The position numbers and the translations under genes are program-made. The notes beneath the pieces were generated by a model that was not told the origin of the DNA, ran no database searches, and saw only the letters and a list, made by a program, of their open reading frames with translations. This document shows positions 53,101 through 60,400 of a stretch of DNA of 64,000 nucleotides, one piece after another (position 1 is the stretch's first letter; each line of letters begins with the position of its first letter). This stretch comes from a virus: positions 17,832 through 81,831 of IMG/VR virus record IMGVR_UViG_3300039098_000035; one strand, 5' to 3'.

Positions 53101-53454
53101 ATCCGTTATAGGTATTAATTTATTATCATCAATATTATATGCGCTGATATCAACAGCGTACCCTCTGTTGTTACTAAAGTCATATATAATATGCTCTTGT
53201 AGGCTGTGCGCTTTAAATATTATTGCACGCTCACTAATTGATATGAGTGTCTTTGCTTCATTTGTCTTACGCGGCACTGTCGTTAAGAACCCTTTACGAG
53301 GTCTAACAGACAGCCCAGTATCAGATATGTTGAAGTTAACTAGATGCTTAAAATACCCTTCTTGTAAAGGGTCGTTAGTTGCCAGCATACCTAAGAACCT
53401 ACCATTTTCAAAATAGGTTTTATCAGTATACCCTTGTACTGCTCGCCTAGCCAT
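50170..53454 (-). CDS. Putative tail nozzle / tubular protein B (beta-propeller-type)
   Basis: ~1094 aa, beta-rich. N-terminal ..NFNISDTGLSVRPRKG and C-terminal LRKRF...GKVLRLKM pattern fit podoviral nozzle proteins. Follows the adaptor gene; start at ATG 53454 preferred. Confidence 0.55.
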   Translation of the reverse strand: MARRAVQGYTDKTYFENGRFLGMLATNDPLQEGYFKHLVNFNISDTGLSVRPRKGFLTTVPRKTNEAKTLISISERAIIFKAHSLQEHIIYDFSNNRGYAVDISAYNIDDNKLIPITDEYIAADYNAVVDYLITEIPAFTAYYDAGVEAHTINIARSVIASYFLQHITLLHATQLNYVTNEYGVKKNLIKVVVEEDEAYNIEQQTLLLAFYYRKNAVPSLSLAANTLVFEILNLDAHPTYIISERNIASSKSIIPDPLQTLYTTENRPAGNVNMLGLLYVSSDDKTKYYIQYVPRVDLEIRPHFVLDPASLVLGDETAKWAYRIDIANINDPDNISRGNWLEYKGLSEAPVRIFPRPTGKVTTGASSARHYEGAQYVITLVPNDNSYCDVISNAAPSPVEPADYTLGEARYDAWRSVLDGTITDKRELLLAIDALEDLANSPRIHIKDLRNAETVFYISALWDDPYDYVKGSFANSDEVYDGFFITMEEFREYIEGNNMDSYNIAWRLLPLGWYLDETDDADDKRYHFRSINYWGHYTGDDLDFYDIFMVNTYDNYDNLVEKPMHNAEIDTEFIIQLSSTTLQGTNMPDFDAVKFLKDGFTFTFYMKPYLPAEVPTNITEANILKDFWADAANYAHSQQILYGVDSLQIIEIPEYQIDDPEYIQESENMMEFGGMYTVMWKNNTIYISEPGRFNYYKEVNKFEYAETVIKVLEFKNILLIFTSQHLYALYRDSLDTITGEGETQVTVTTEYWATQKVLYNIRTNEKYKDVIQVFNEFILFYSEDGQMFLIKPNTMIDSETRFSLKYFNQGVNDVLLNYDDYINERLANYNIQHTITKDDVNIKALLSVNFIKIFYYIPGYITYILVFDVINNRFFVYDTVAFTDIHDKMYLDSGELYITKSQAKLYLTMPYKELNQMDSNADMSIINNFKKIAISPLIDTGNMSLNNHLRKRFATLHTVFKNLSTSKLLFNVETELDDIVSHPFYDTQLEVHDIGGISYYVTVPKTDNNDLIDLIGDNQISDAASAAFIYAMENRTYEEDSLLLDFAEFTSSKLLTHRTSIRGKGKVLRLKMQFISKGDFKLQSFGIVYKERRI

Positions 53455-54736
53455 TGTATCCCCACGTAACATTTACTACATAATTTACTAGCTCATTGCT
53501 AGCAGAATACCAGTTGGCTTGCCATCCATATTGAGGAGGCCCTTCATTATATACAGGTTCATTTTGTTCTAAAATTCTACATCTAATAGTTCTAGTTATA
53601 TCGTTGATAGCAGGAAACGCGCCTGTTTCAATAGTCCGTACATTCGCAGGAAGCGTAATACCAAGTAAGTTAGGACTTGCAATAAACGCATTAACTTCTA
53701 TAGTAATTCCTTCATAGGTAACATTATCTACAATGGTGTCAGGGAAAATAATTTCATCTCCTTGGAATCCATTAAAGGCCCCAGCTGCAATCCCTGTTAA
53801 ATAGTCAGGAAGTGTTATTGAAAGTAGTCTAGTAGCATGCTCATATTCTGCGTTAGTTGATAGTAAGAAGTCGGTAGGAATAGTACGTACCATATTGTTA
53901 CTGACAACACTAGGTATAATAAGTTGTGTAAGACTGTACTTATACTCATTCTTAATAGTTACTACACCATAAACAGTATTAGTTAAGGTAGATTCTACAT
54001 CCCAATGCGCGTAGTAGTGTACATCAGTAAGTAGTGTAATCTCAGTACCTACTGCACATTCGGCATCAGCTACTGAATTAGGATCACGCGACCACCCTGT
54101 AAAAGAGTATACTTTAATTCCGTCAGCAGATATTAGTTCCGTGTTCCAGCCTTTAACAACTGTAGTATCCTCATACAAATATGCACGGGTATCCTCTACA
54201 AAACGAATATCTCCTAGTGCGATATCTTCTTGGTTTATGTGGTAGTGTACTTTAAATTTATACACAGGTAAGTCCGCCTCTCCATTTCTAGCAACTTCGC
54301 TAAGTGCTGAATCAGCTGCAAAGAAAACACCTGCATCAGGATTTTGTCTGAATGCAAGTGGTACTCTATTAAATTCTTTTTGAAACATTTGAAAAAGGCC
54401 ATCTTCTAAATCATTGGCATACTTATTATACACTGTAGTGAACTCTTCATCACGTGCTAAAACTTCCATTGCAATGAATGGAATAACTACACCATATATG
54501 TGCTCATCAGGGAAGTAAGGAGTATCCACAGGACCATCCTCTTCAACACCACTACGAAAAGCATATGTCCTAGTAGGTGCATCTAGTACACTAGACATGC
54601 TAGGATACTTTGTACCTATAAAATTATTAATTTTTGTAATTGCTTTATCAGCATCTATTAAAATATCTAACCAAGTAATGTTATATTGTAAAGTTAGTCG
54701 ATTTATTTCATCAACTATTGCCTGTTGGGTTATCAT
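53447..54736 (-). CDS. Putative head-tail adaptor fused to an InlB B-repeat and BspA-type leucine-rich repeats
   Basis: Helical N-domain (DADKAITKIN..., FPDEHIYGVVIPFIA). YSFTGWS...YYAHW B-repeat. LLSITLPDYLTGIAAGAF and LLGITLPANVRTIETGAF LRR_5 units. Confidence 0.65.
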   Translation of the reverse strand: MITQQAIVDEINRLTLQYNITWLDILIDADKAITKINNFIGTKYPSMSSVLDAPTRTYAFRSGVEEDGPVDTPYFPDEHIYGVVIPFIAMEVLARDEEFTTVYNKYANDLEDGLFQMFQKEFNRVPLAFRQNPDAGVFFAADSALSEVARNGEADLPVYKFKVHYHINQEDIALGDIRFVEDTRAYLYEDTTVVKGWNTELISADGIKVYSFTGWSRDPNSVADAECAVGTEITLLTDVHYYAHWDVESTLTNTVYGVVTIKNEYKYSLTQLIIPSVVSNNMVRTIPTDFLLSTNAEYEHATRLLSITLPDYLTGIAAGAFNGFQGDEIIFPDTIVDNVTYEGITIEVNAFIASPNLLGITLPANVRTIETGAFPAINDITRTIRCRILEQNEPVYNEGPPQYGWQANWYSASNELVNYVVNVTWGYNG

Positions 54737-54757
54737 ACAATAACCTCCTTATCTTTA

Positions 54758-54913
54758 ATATATGAGAGGGAGGGTCACACTGTTTGCTGAATTGGCATTT
54801 ATTACTATTTTATTTTGGGTATGTTTCAACACCACACACTCCTGGTGGTCTTTTATCGTGCCGGACAACCTTTTACTTTCGACCGAAGCCGTAGACCGTG
54901 CCCTCTCATATAT
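54758..54913 (-). ncRNA. Candidate structured RNA (~150 nt, closed by terminal stem)
   Basis: 13-bp perfect inverted repeat 54758-70/54901-13, cUUCGg tetraloop hairpin at 54881-90 (reads UUCG on -), further nested pairings; starts just after TGCTATAAT. Confidence 0.55.
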
Positions 54914-54962
54914 ATTATAGCATAAATATCGAAAAAGAAAACACCTAAATTGTAGGTGTTTT
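54914..54962 (-). promoter_or_regulatory. Terminator of scaffold gene followed by extended -10 promoter
   Basis: On -: AAAACACCT-ACAATTT-AGGTGTTTTCTTTTT then TGCTATAAT (54922-54914); no good -35. Confidence 0.7.
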
Positions 54963-55824
54963 ACTTAGCTTTCTTAGCGGCCTCTGCTAACATGTCTTTC
55001 ATAGACATACCGTCTTTGTTTACTCCAGCCCCTGGTACAGGTATTCCTGGGTTAGGCAGTGGTGCTTTACCTGCCGCAGCAGCAGCAGCATCCCACTCAG
55101 CTTTAGCAGCGGCTACAGCCGCAGTAATTTCAGTTTGTTTAATTTTATCGGCGTATATAATATTGTACAAATCGCCAAGACTTCCACCTTGGGCAATCCA
55201 CAAATAAGGATTTCTTTCAGTCTGCATAGCGTCTTTAAAGAAGTTATTAATATCAGCTTGTTTTAGAGTCTTATCAATTTGTAGATTGGTTAAAGCTTTG
55301 TCCATATCTATTTGTAGTCTTTGCTTTTGTATTTCAATTTTGTCTTTTTCAACTTGCTCAACAGCGGCTTGTACTTCAGGAGTTAACCCTGATGTAGTAG
55401 CTCTAGTAGCAACATCAACTGTTTCCATAGCTGTACTCAATGATTTGTAATCAATCCCAGTACCGTCTTCAAGCATATGGTCTACTAATTTAATATCCGT
55501 ATAAGTTCCAGTTGCAAATTTATTCATAGTCTTTGTGACTAATTCTTTAGCATCTTTAGCTATTTTTAACTGGTCTCTAACTTCTTTGATTGGGTTTGGC
55601 GTAGGTGTAGGCGCAGGTACAGCCGTAACCATTGCTTTACCTTCAGTATCAAATCCTGGTTTAAGAGGATCTTCTACCTGTTCTGCTGGAACAGGGTCCG
55701 CTGGAACAGGGTCCGCTGGAACAGGGTCCGCTGGAACAGGGTCCGCTGGAACAGGGTCCGCTGGAGGGTTACCTGCGGCTTGTGATAGCATTTCATTTAA
55801 TCCTAATTTTTCATCTTCAGGCAT
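54961..55824 (-). CDS. Putative capsid scaffolding protein
   Basis: Pro/acidic disordered N-terminus, coiled coil, Ala/Pro linker and short C-terminal helix, which is scaffold architecture; GAGGAG RBS. Confidence 0.6.
   Translation of the reverse strand: MPEDEKLGLNEMLSQAAGNPPADPVPADPVPADPVPADPVPADPVPAEQVEDPLKPGFDTEGKAMVTAVPAPTPTPNPIKEVRDQLKIAKDAKELVTKTMNKFATGTYTDIKLVDHMLEDGTGIDYKSLSTAMETVDVATRATTSGLTPEVQAAVEQVEKDKIEIQKQRLQIDMDKALTNLQIDKTLKQADINNFFKDAMQTERNPYLWIAQGGSLGDLYNIIYADKIKQTEITAAVAAAKAEWDAAAAAAGKAPLPNPGIPVPGAGVNKDGMSMKDMLAEAAKKAK
55685..55765. repeat. 15-bp tandem repeat x5 (PADPV)
   Basis: GCTGGAACAGGGTCC five exact copies plus a partial copy. Confidence 0.95.
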
Positions 55825-56099
55825 TATTTTTCTCCTCTATATTTTCTTAGCAACTCTATATATATTGCTAGCTGGTGTGTGTGTATACGTATCTGTGTTT
55901 GTACATGTTCTATTGTGTCAAGTTCTAATCCATTTTCTAGAGGCTTAACAGGTACATCAATGGTTTTTCTACCACGCTTAAGCTTAGAGATATATGAAGG
56001 AGAGACTCCATATGCGTCTGCAATATCTTTGTTACGCATTCCCAGGCTCAAGTCCCCTAGGATCTTCATGTCTACTTCCGGTGATATCTTCACTGGCAT
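55824..56099 (-). CDS. Helix-turn-helix DNA-binding protein
   Basis: GMRNKDIADAYGVSPSYISKLKRG; AAGGAGG RBS inside the upstream gene. Confidence 0.8.
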   Translation of the reverse strand: MPVKISPEVDMKILGDLSLGMRNKDIADAYGVSPSYISKLKRGRKTIDVPVKPLENGLELDTIEHVQTQIRIHTHQLAIYIELLRKYRGEK

Positions 56100-57330
56100 G
56101 GGGTTCTACCTCCTTCTTTACTGTGTGCACTACTTCAGGAGGAAGTACAGGTTCTACTGAAACTTTCTCCCGCATGTCTGCCATGTATTGTAGTCCTATA
56201 GACTTACGTTCTATTAAATTTTTAATCAGATGTTTCTCCATAAAACTGTTATTGTAATCAAACGCCAAAGGAATTTGAATAAGTAAAGGAGCTAGTTTAG
56301 CCATGATATTTATAAATATCCACAGCGGAGACTGTCCTACAGACGATATGGCTGTTACAGTAAATAATGTTGAGAATATTAATGTGATACTTAAGCTGAA
56401 TATTATCTTAGCTCCAGCATCGTTCATAATTTTTTTGCTGTCAGAGTTAATCATAGAGTAACTATCCACAGTCCTACCAAGAATATTTACACCGTTATAC
56501 ACAAACATAGGATGAATGTATCTGAAATATTTAACCCGACCATTAGCGACATACGTTTTGATATACGCGTCTTCTAATAACGTTGTTAAGTGTTCCCTTT
56601 TGTTAAAATACTTTTTCTCTTTCTTAGACAGCTCTCCAAGTTTTAATAATTGGGCCTGCATAACTTCAGGAGTAGTCGCTAAGAAATAGCGTTTCAGCCT
56701 ATGCTTATGTTTGTACTTAGTCTTATGTTCAAGCTTGTCAATCCTATATTTAATATTTCCAATATGTTGTTTTACCTTACGTCTATAATTAAACACATTG
56801 TCCATCCAAGGTTCAAATGTAACAGGATCTAAACTATCATTAGACATTACATCTAAGTCTTTTTGTAGGTCTACATATTTCTTAACTGTGTCCTTACCTA
56901 CTGTAAGTAAGTAATTAAATAGACTGTAAAACAATAGCACTGCTGACAACAATGAGGTTGCTGTAGCAATATACCAGAAAGGATATTCAAAGAAGAACTT
57001 AGTATGTACCTTAACTTTAAAATTATCAGGGACATCTACAGAAACTGTTTGCTCTTGGGTAAGATTGTTCTTTACAATATACTCTTCTATGTACTCATCC
57101 ATTCTAATATTGGTTAGGTACGTTAGACTGTAGTTTACGTTTTGCGCTTTCATAACCTTATACTCAGCATAAGTTACTTCTACTGTTTCTACAGTGTAGT
57201 GTGCCTCTCCTTCTATAAGGGGAAGCACAGAGTTAATTCCTAAGATAATCATAAAAGATAGTAACATGAAGAAAAAACTTCTTGCTTTTTTATTTGTTAT
57301 TAGGCTTCTACCTTTTCCTGCACCTGCCAT
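56032..57330 (-). CDS. Multi-pass membrane protein with large basic soluble loop
   Basis: About four TM segments (aa ~18-38, 118-142, 308-330, 336-357) flanking a Lys-rich helical domain. Confidence 0.75.
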   Translation of the reverse strand: MAGAGKGRSLITNKKARSFFFMLLSFMIILGINSVLPLIEGEAHYTVETVEVTYAEYKVMKAQNVNYSLTYLTNIRMDEYIEEYIVKNNLTQEQTVSVDVPDNFKVKVHTKFFFEYPFWYIATATSLLSAVLLFYSLFNYLLTVGKDTVKKYVDLQKDLDVMSNDSLDPVTFEPWMDNVFNYRRKVKQHIGNIKYRIDKLEHKTKYKHKHRLKRYFLATTPEVMQAQLLKLGELSKKEKKYFNKREHLTTLLEDAYIKTYVANGRVKYFRYIHPMFVYNGVNILGRTVDSYSMINSDSKKIMNDAGAKIIFSLSITLIFSTLFTVTAISSVGQSPLWIFINIMAKLAPLLIQIPLAFDYNNSFMEKHLIKNLIERKSIGLQYMADMREKVSVEPVLPPEVVHTVKKEVEPHASEDITGSRHEDPRGLEPGNA

Positions 57331-57341
57331 ACTAGTACCTC

Positions 57342-57650
57342 CTAATCAATACATCTATCAAAGTCACGTTCTGCTTTAACAGCTTCGTGTATTTCTGCAT
57401 TCAGTGATTGAAATAGTGAATTTAAATACTTCTTACTTTGTTTAATTTGTCCTTTATAACCTTTAGTACGTGATGTATTATCAGTCTTAGCTACCTTTTC
57501 TTGCTTGTCTAAAATACCGTATATACACTGTCTAATACTGTTCAATGTACTTACGACATCTCCGTCTTCTTTTCTAAGTTTCTCGCGTAACACTTCTGAC
57601 ATTGTGGGTTTAGTTACTGCTCCAGTTATTTTATTTTCGGTAATAGGCAT
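57342..57650 (-). CDS. Hypothetical protein
   Basis: 102 aa, coupled TAATG, AAGGAGG RBS. Confidence 0.65.
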   Translation of the reverse strand: MPITENKITGAVTKPTMSEVLREKLRKEDGDVVSTLNSIRQCIYGILDKQEKVAKTDNTSRTKGYKGQIKQSKKYLNSLFQSLNAEIHEAVKAERDFDRCID

Positions 57651-58162
57651 TATGATTCCTCCTTTGAATCCTCGTCTTCTTCTACGATCGGATTACGAAT
57701 AGCTTCTGTTAGTTCTACTAACTCAGCATTATACGCTTCAGCTTCTTCTCTAGTCATATCAAAGATAAGCTCTTGTTGATTCTGAGTACACGTATCAATA
57801 TACTCTACATCAGGAAATAATACTTTAAGGGTGTTCTGAATAATATTTGCAACAGTATCATACATTTGTTTACGTTCCTTGTACAATTTGTTGTCTTTAA
57901 TTTGATCTTTAAAAACATAAACACTTTTCTCTATTTCTTGTGCAGATGCAGGACGTAGTACAGGTAGTGCTCCTAATAATTCTTTTAAGCCCATGTCCAT
58001 TCCAGCTAATGTAAGATTTACAAAAACTTGATGATCCTGTAAAGTTACAAGCTTAATACTAGGGATGTATGACACTTTAACTGTGTTCGCATCCACGTCC
58101 GCACTGATGTTAATCTTGTGTGTATACGCACGTTTTCTGCTTTTTTGTTTACCTTTTGGCAT
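57650..58162 (-). CDS. Hypothetical protein
   Basis: 170 aa, AGGAGG RBS, first gene after the promoter at 58192-58220. Confidence 0.7.
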   Translation of the reverse strand: MPKGKQKSRKRAYTHKINISADVDANTVKVSYIPSIKLVTLQDHQVFVNLTLAGMDMGLKELLGALPVLRPASAQEIEKSVYVFKDQIKDNKLYKERKQMYDTVANIIQNTLKVLFPDVEYIDTCTQNQQELIFDMTREEAEAYNAELVELTEAIRNPIVEEDEDSKEES

Positions 58163-58191
58163 AATAGTTCCTCCTATTTTTGTGATATATT

Positions 58192-58235
58192 ATTATACCA
58201 TAAAAAACACAGACTGTAAATAGTCTGTGTTTATT
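58192..58235 (-). promoter_or_regulatory. Overlapping intrinsic terminator and sigmaA-type promoter
   Basis: On -: AAACACAGACT-ATTTAC-AGTCTGTGTTTTTT. TTTACA (58220-15), 17 nt, TG-extended TATAAT (58197-92). Confidence 0.8.
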
Positions 58236-59999
58236 TTATTTAAACCCTTGTCCAATACTTGGATTCTGCTTCATAGCATTCTTCTCTTCAAGTAGTAGTT
58301 GTATCGCTTGTTGAGCTGCCTGTTCTTCAGATAATCCTTTAGCCAGCATCTTACTAAATATAGATGCAAAGTTTGTAAGGTCTGCTACTAAATTTTCAGC
58401 AGTGTTACTTTGTGCTTGTTTAGCTAAACGTTGGAGCCATAATTCTTTTTGTGGGAAATCAGAAAACTCAACCAAATCTCTAGCGGTTATAATTTCTTGT
58501 GGGAATTGGTACTGCCCTTGCATCTCATACAACGCCTTAGCTGATTCGAATAGATTAGCTTGGTTCATTGGAAGTAGTGTAGATGCAGCGATGTGATAAT
58601 CAAACTCTAATTTTTTAGCATTAGGTCCGGACCCATCTTTAGGTCCAAGGCCGGAACCGTTATGCTCATTGAATTTAAGTTTATGAGTATCCACTACTTT
58701 ATTAGTTCCTGTGGCTGAAAGCTGAGGAATTTTATACTCCGTCTCTCCACCGTGTTGGAAATAATTCTCTAGAACTAATCTAGTTAAATCTTCACAAAAC
58801 TCTTCTAACATTGTAATACGTGCGTTATCAGTTAACATAGTTACTCTAGCTTGAAACGCTTGAGTAGCTCCTGTAGTTTGTAGTGAGTTTGTAGTCCTAC
58901 CTTTATAGTGAGGATCCACCCCAGTTACAGAGAAGATTGAATTTTCTAATCTGTTCTTTAGGTTTGATTGATCAGGAATTGTAGGAACGTCTGCATACAT
59001 TATAATACCTTTTGGGTCACCTTTAACTTCGAAGGAAGCTCCAGGTGTTTCTCCGTAATCCGCAAATGATCTCATATTCAAACGCCCATCCACGTTTACA
59101 AAACGTACTCTATTCAACAGCCTGTAAGGTTGTGTAGCTTCCATTGAATCAATCATGTTCAACGCTATAACTGTGTTCATAATCTTAATTAGTTTAGAAG
59201 TTCCATAAGGGTTACCGTCAGGTCTTTGAGGTGCGTAGCATACTACAGGGAACCTGCTAGGCAGTATGTTTAATTTTTCATATATAATCTCAGCTTCATC
59301 CAAGATATATACCTGATCGATTCCTCCTTTACTATTTCTTACAAAGCATTCTATTAGAGATACCATACTATTCTCAGATGTTTCTATATTCTCATGGCCT
59401 GCCATGCGATTTTGTGTTGTCTTATCTTGCACTTTAGGCTTCTTAATAAGGTACTCCTTTACCAAGTCAGCAAAATCTTCATTGTTCTTAATTGTATTTA
59501 AATTAACAGAGCGTTCGATAAATAATTTATCGCCGTCTTTATAATTATCTACAGCGGGATCAAAGTACAACTCATCAGGAGAGATAGCTAAAAGTTTTAT
59601 ATCTTTAGCACCCCAATCTACCCGCACTGCACCTAGATTATATAGTTCACCGTTCTCACCAATATGTAAAAACTTATTCTTCATTCCCCACTTATTCCAC
59701 TTGTATCTTAAGAAAGCATTCAATCTCATAACGACATCCGCATCGTCTTCGTTACGAGGTGTTACAGTTCCAATAAAAGCTCCACTATATACAGAGTTTG
59801 AATAAGCCTGCACCACATACTCAAAATAATTCCAGTCAGGGGTAATGCTATAATCTTTTAAATATTTTTTAAAGACTTGCCAAAACGAGCCTTTATATAA
59901 GGAGCGTGTTAAACGCCACTCTTGTAGCGTGCTTTCTTTATACGTACGATATTCTCCGAACTGTCTTAGTAGCCCGGACACCTCATAAGTAATCTTCAT
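58236..59999 (-). CDS. Portal protein (podoviral type)
   Basis: 587 aa downstream of terminase; ISPDELYFDPA, FPVV..PYGTS, IFSVTGVD..G..QTTGA and helical C-terminus fit P22-like portals. Confidence 0.8.
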   Translation of the reverse strand: MKITYEVSGLLRQFGEYRTYKESTLQEWRLTRSLYKGSFWQVFKKYLKDYSITPDWNYFEYVVQAYSNSVYSGAFIGTVTPRNEDDADVVMRLNAFLRYKWNKWGMKNKFLHIGENGELYNLGAVRVDWGAKDIKLLAISPDELYFDPAVDNYKDGDKLFIERSVNLNTIKNNEDFADLVKEYLIKKPKVQDKTTQNRMAGHENIETSENSMVSLIECFVRNSKGGIDQVYILDEAEIIYEKLNILPSRFPVVCYAPQRPDGNPYGTSKLIKIMNTVIALNMIDSMEATQPYRLLNRVRFVNVDGRLNMRSFADYGETPGASFEVKGDPKGIIMYADVPTIPDQSNLKNRLENSIFSVTGVDPHYKGRTTNSLQTTGATQAFQARVTMLTDNARITMLEEFCEDLTRLVLENYFQHGGETEYKIPQLSATGTNKVVDTHKLKFNEHNGSGLGPKDGSGPNAKKLEFDYHIAASTLLPMNQANLFESAKALYEMQGQYQFPQEIITARDLVEFSDFPQKELWLQRLAKQAQSNTAENLVADLTNFASIFSKMLAKGLSEEQAAQQAIQLLLEEKNAMKQNPSIGQGFK

Positions 60000-60400
60000 T
60001 ATTCACCGCCACCTTTCTCTGCTTTAACTCTAGGCTTACCGTGTGCGATTTCATACATAGTGTCTTGAAAAGCAACCTTATGTTTATTCATGTTTTCATC
60101 GATAGCTTTCTGAATTGCTTTACGGGTAAGCTTCTCTGCTTTTAGTCTATCATCTTCAGTTTGTTTCTTCAACTGTTCTTTTGATAGTAGAGGATCATCT
60201 CCTATGACATTTGCTTTAGCCATTGTGGATTTCTCTTCTTCAGGTGCGGGGTATATAGGCATGTAGGGGTCTGTTAACGTTCTCGGTATCCCGATCTTCG
60301 TCAGTGTCCCACCTCTCATCAAATATGCTATGGACAGTGTTGCCATTATGATGACCAGGGATAATAGGATTATTAATAAAGCCATAATTACTTCTAACAT
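59999..60400 (-). CDS. Single-TM membrane protein
   Basis: GGAGG 6 nt before ATG 60400; MLEVIMALLIILLSLVIIMATLSIAYL; overlaps the terminase 3' end. Confidence 0.7.
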   Translation of the reverse strand: MLEVIMALLIILLSLVIIMATLSIAYLMRGGTLTKIGIPRTLTDPYMPIYPAPEEEKSTMAKANVIGDDPLLSKEQLKKQTEDDRLKAEKLTRKAIQKAIDENMNKHKVAFQDTMYEIAHGKPRVKAEKGGGE

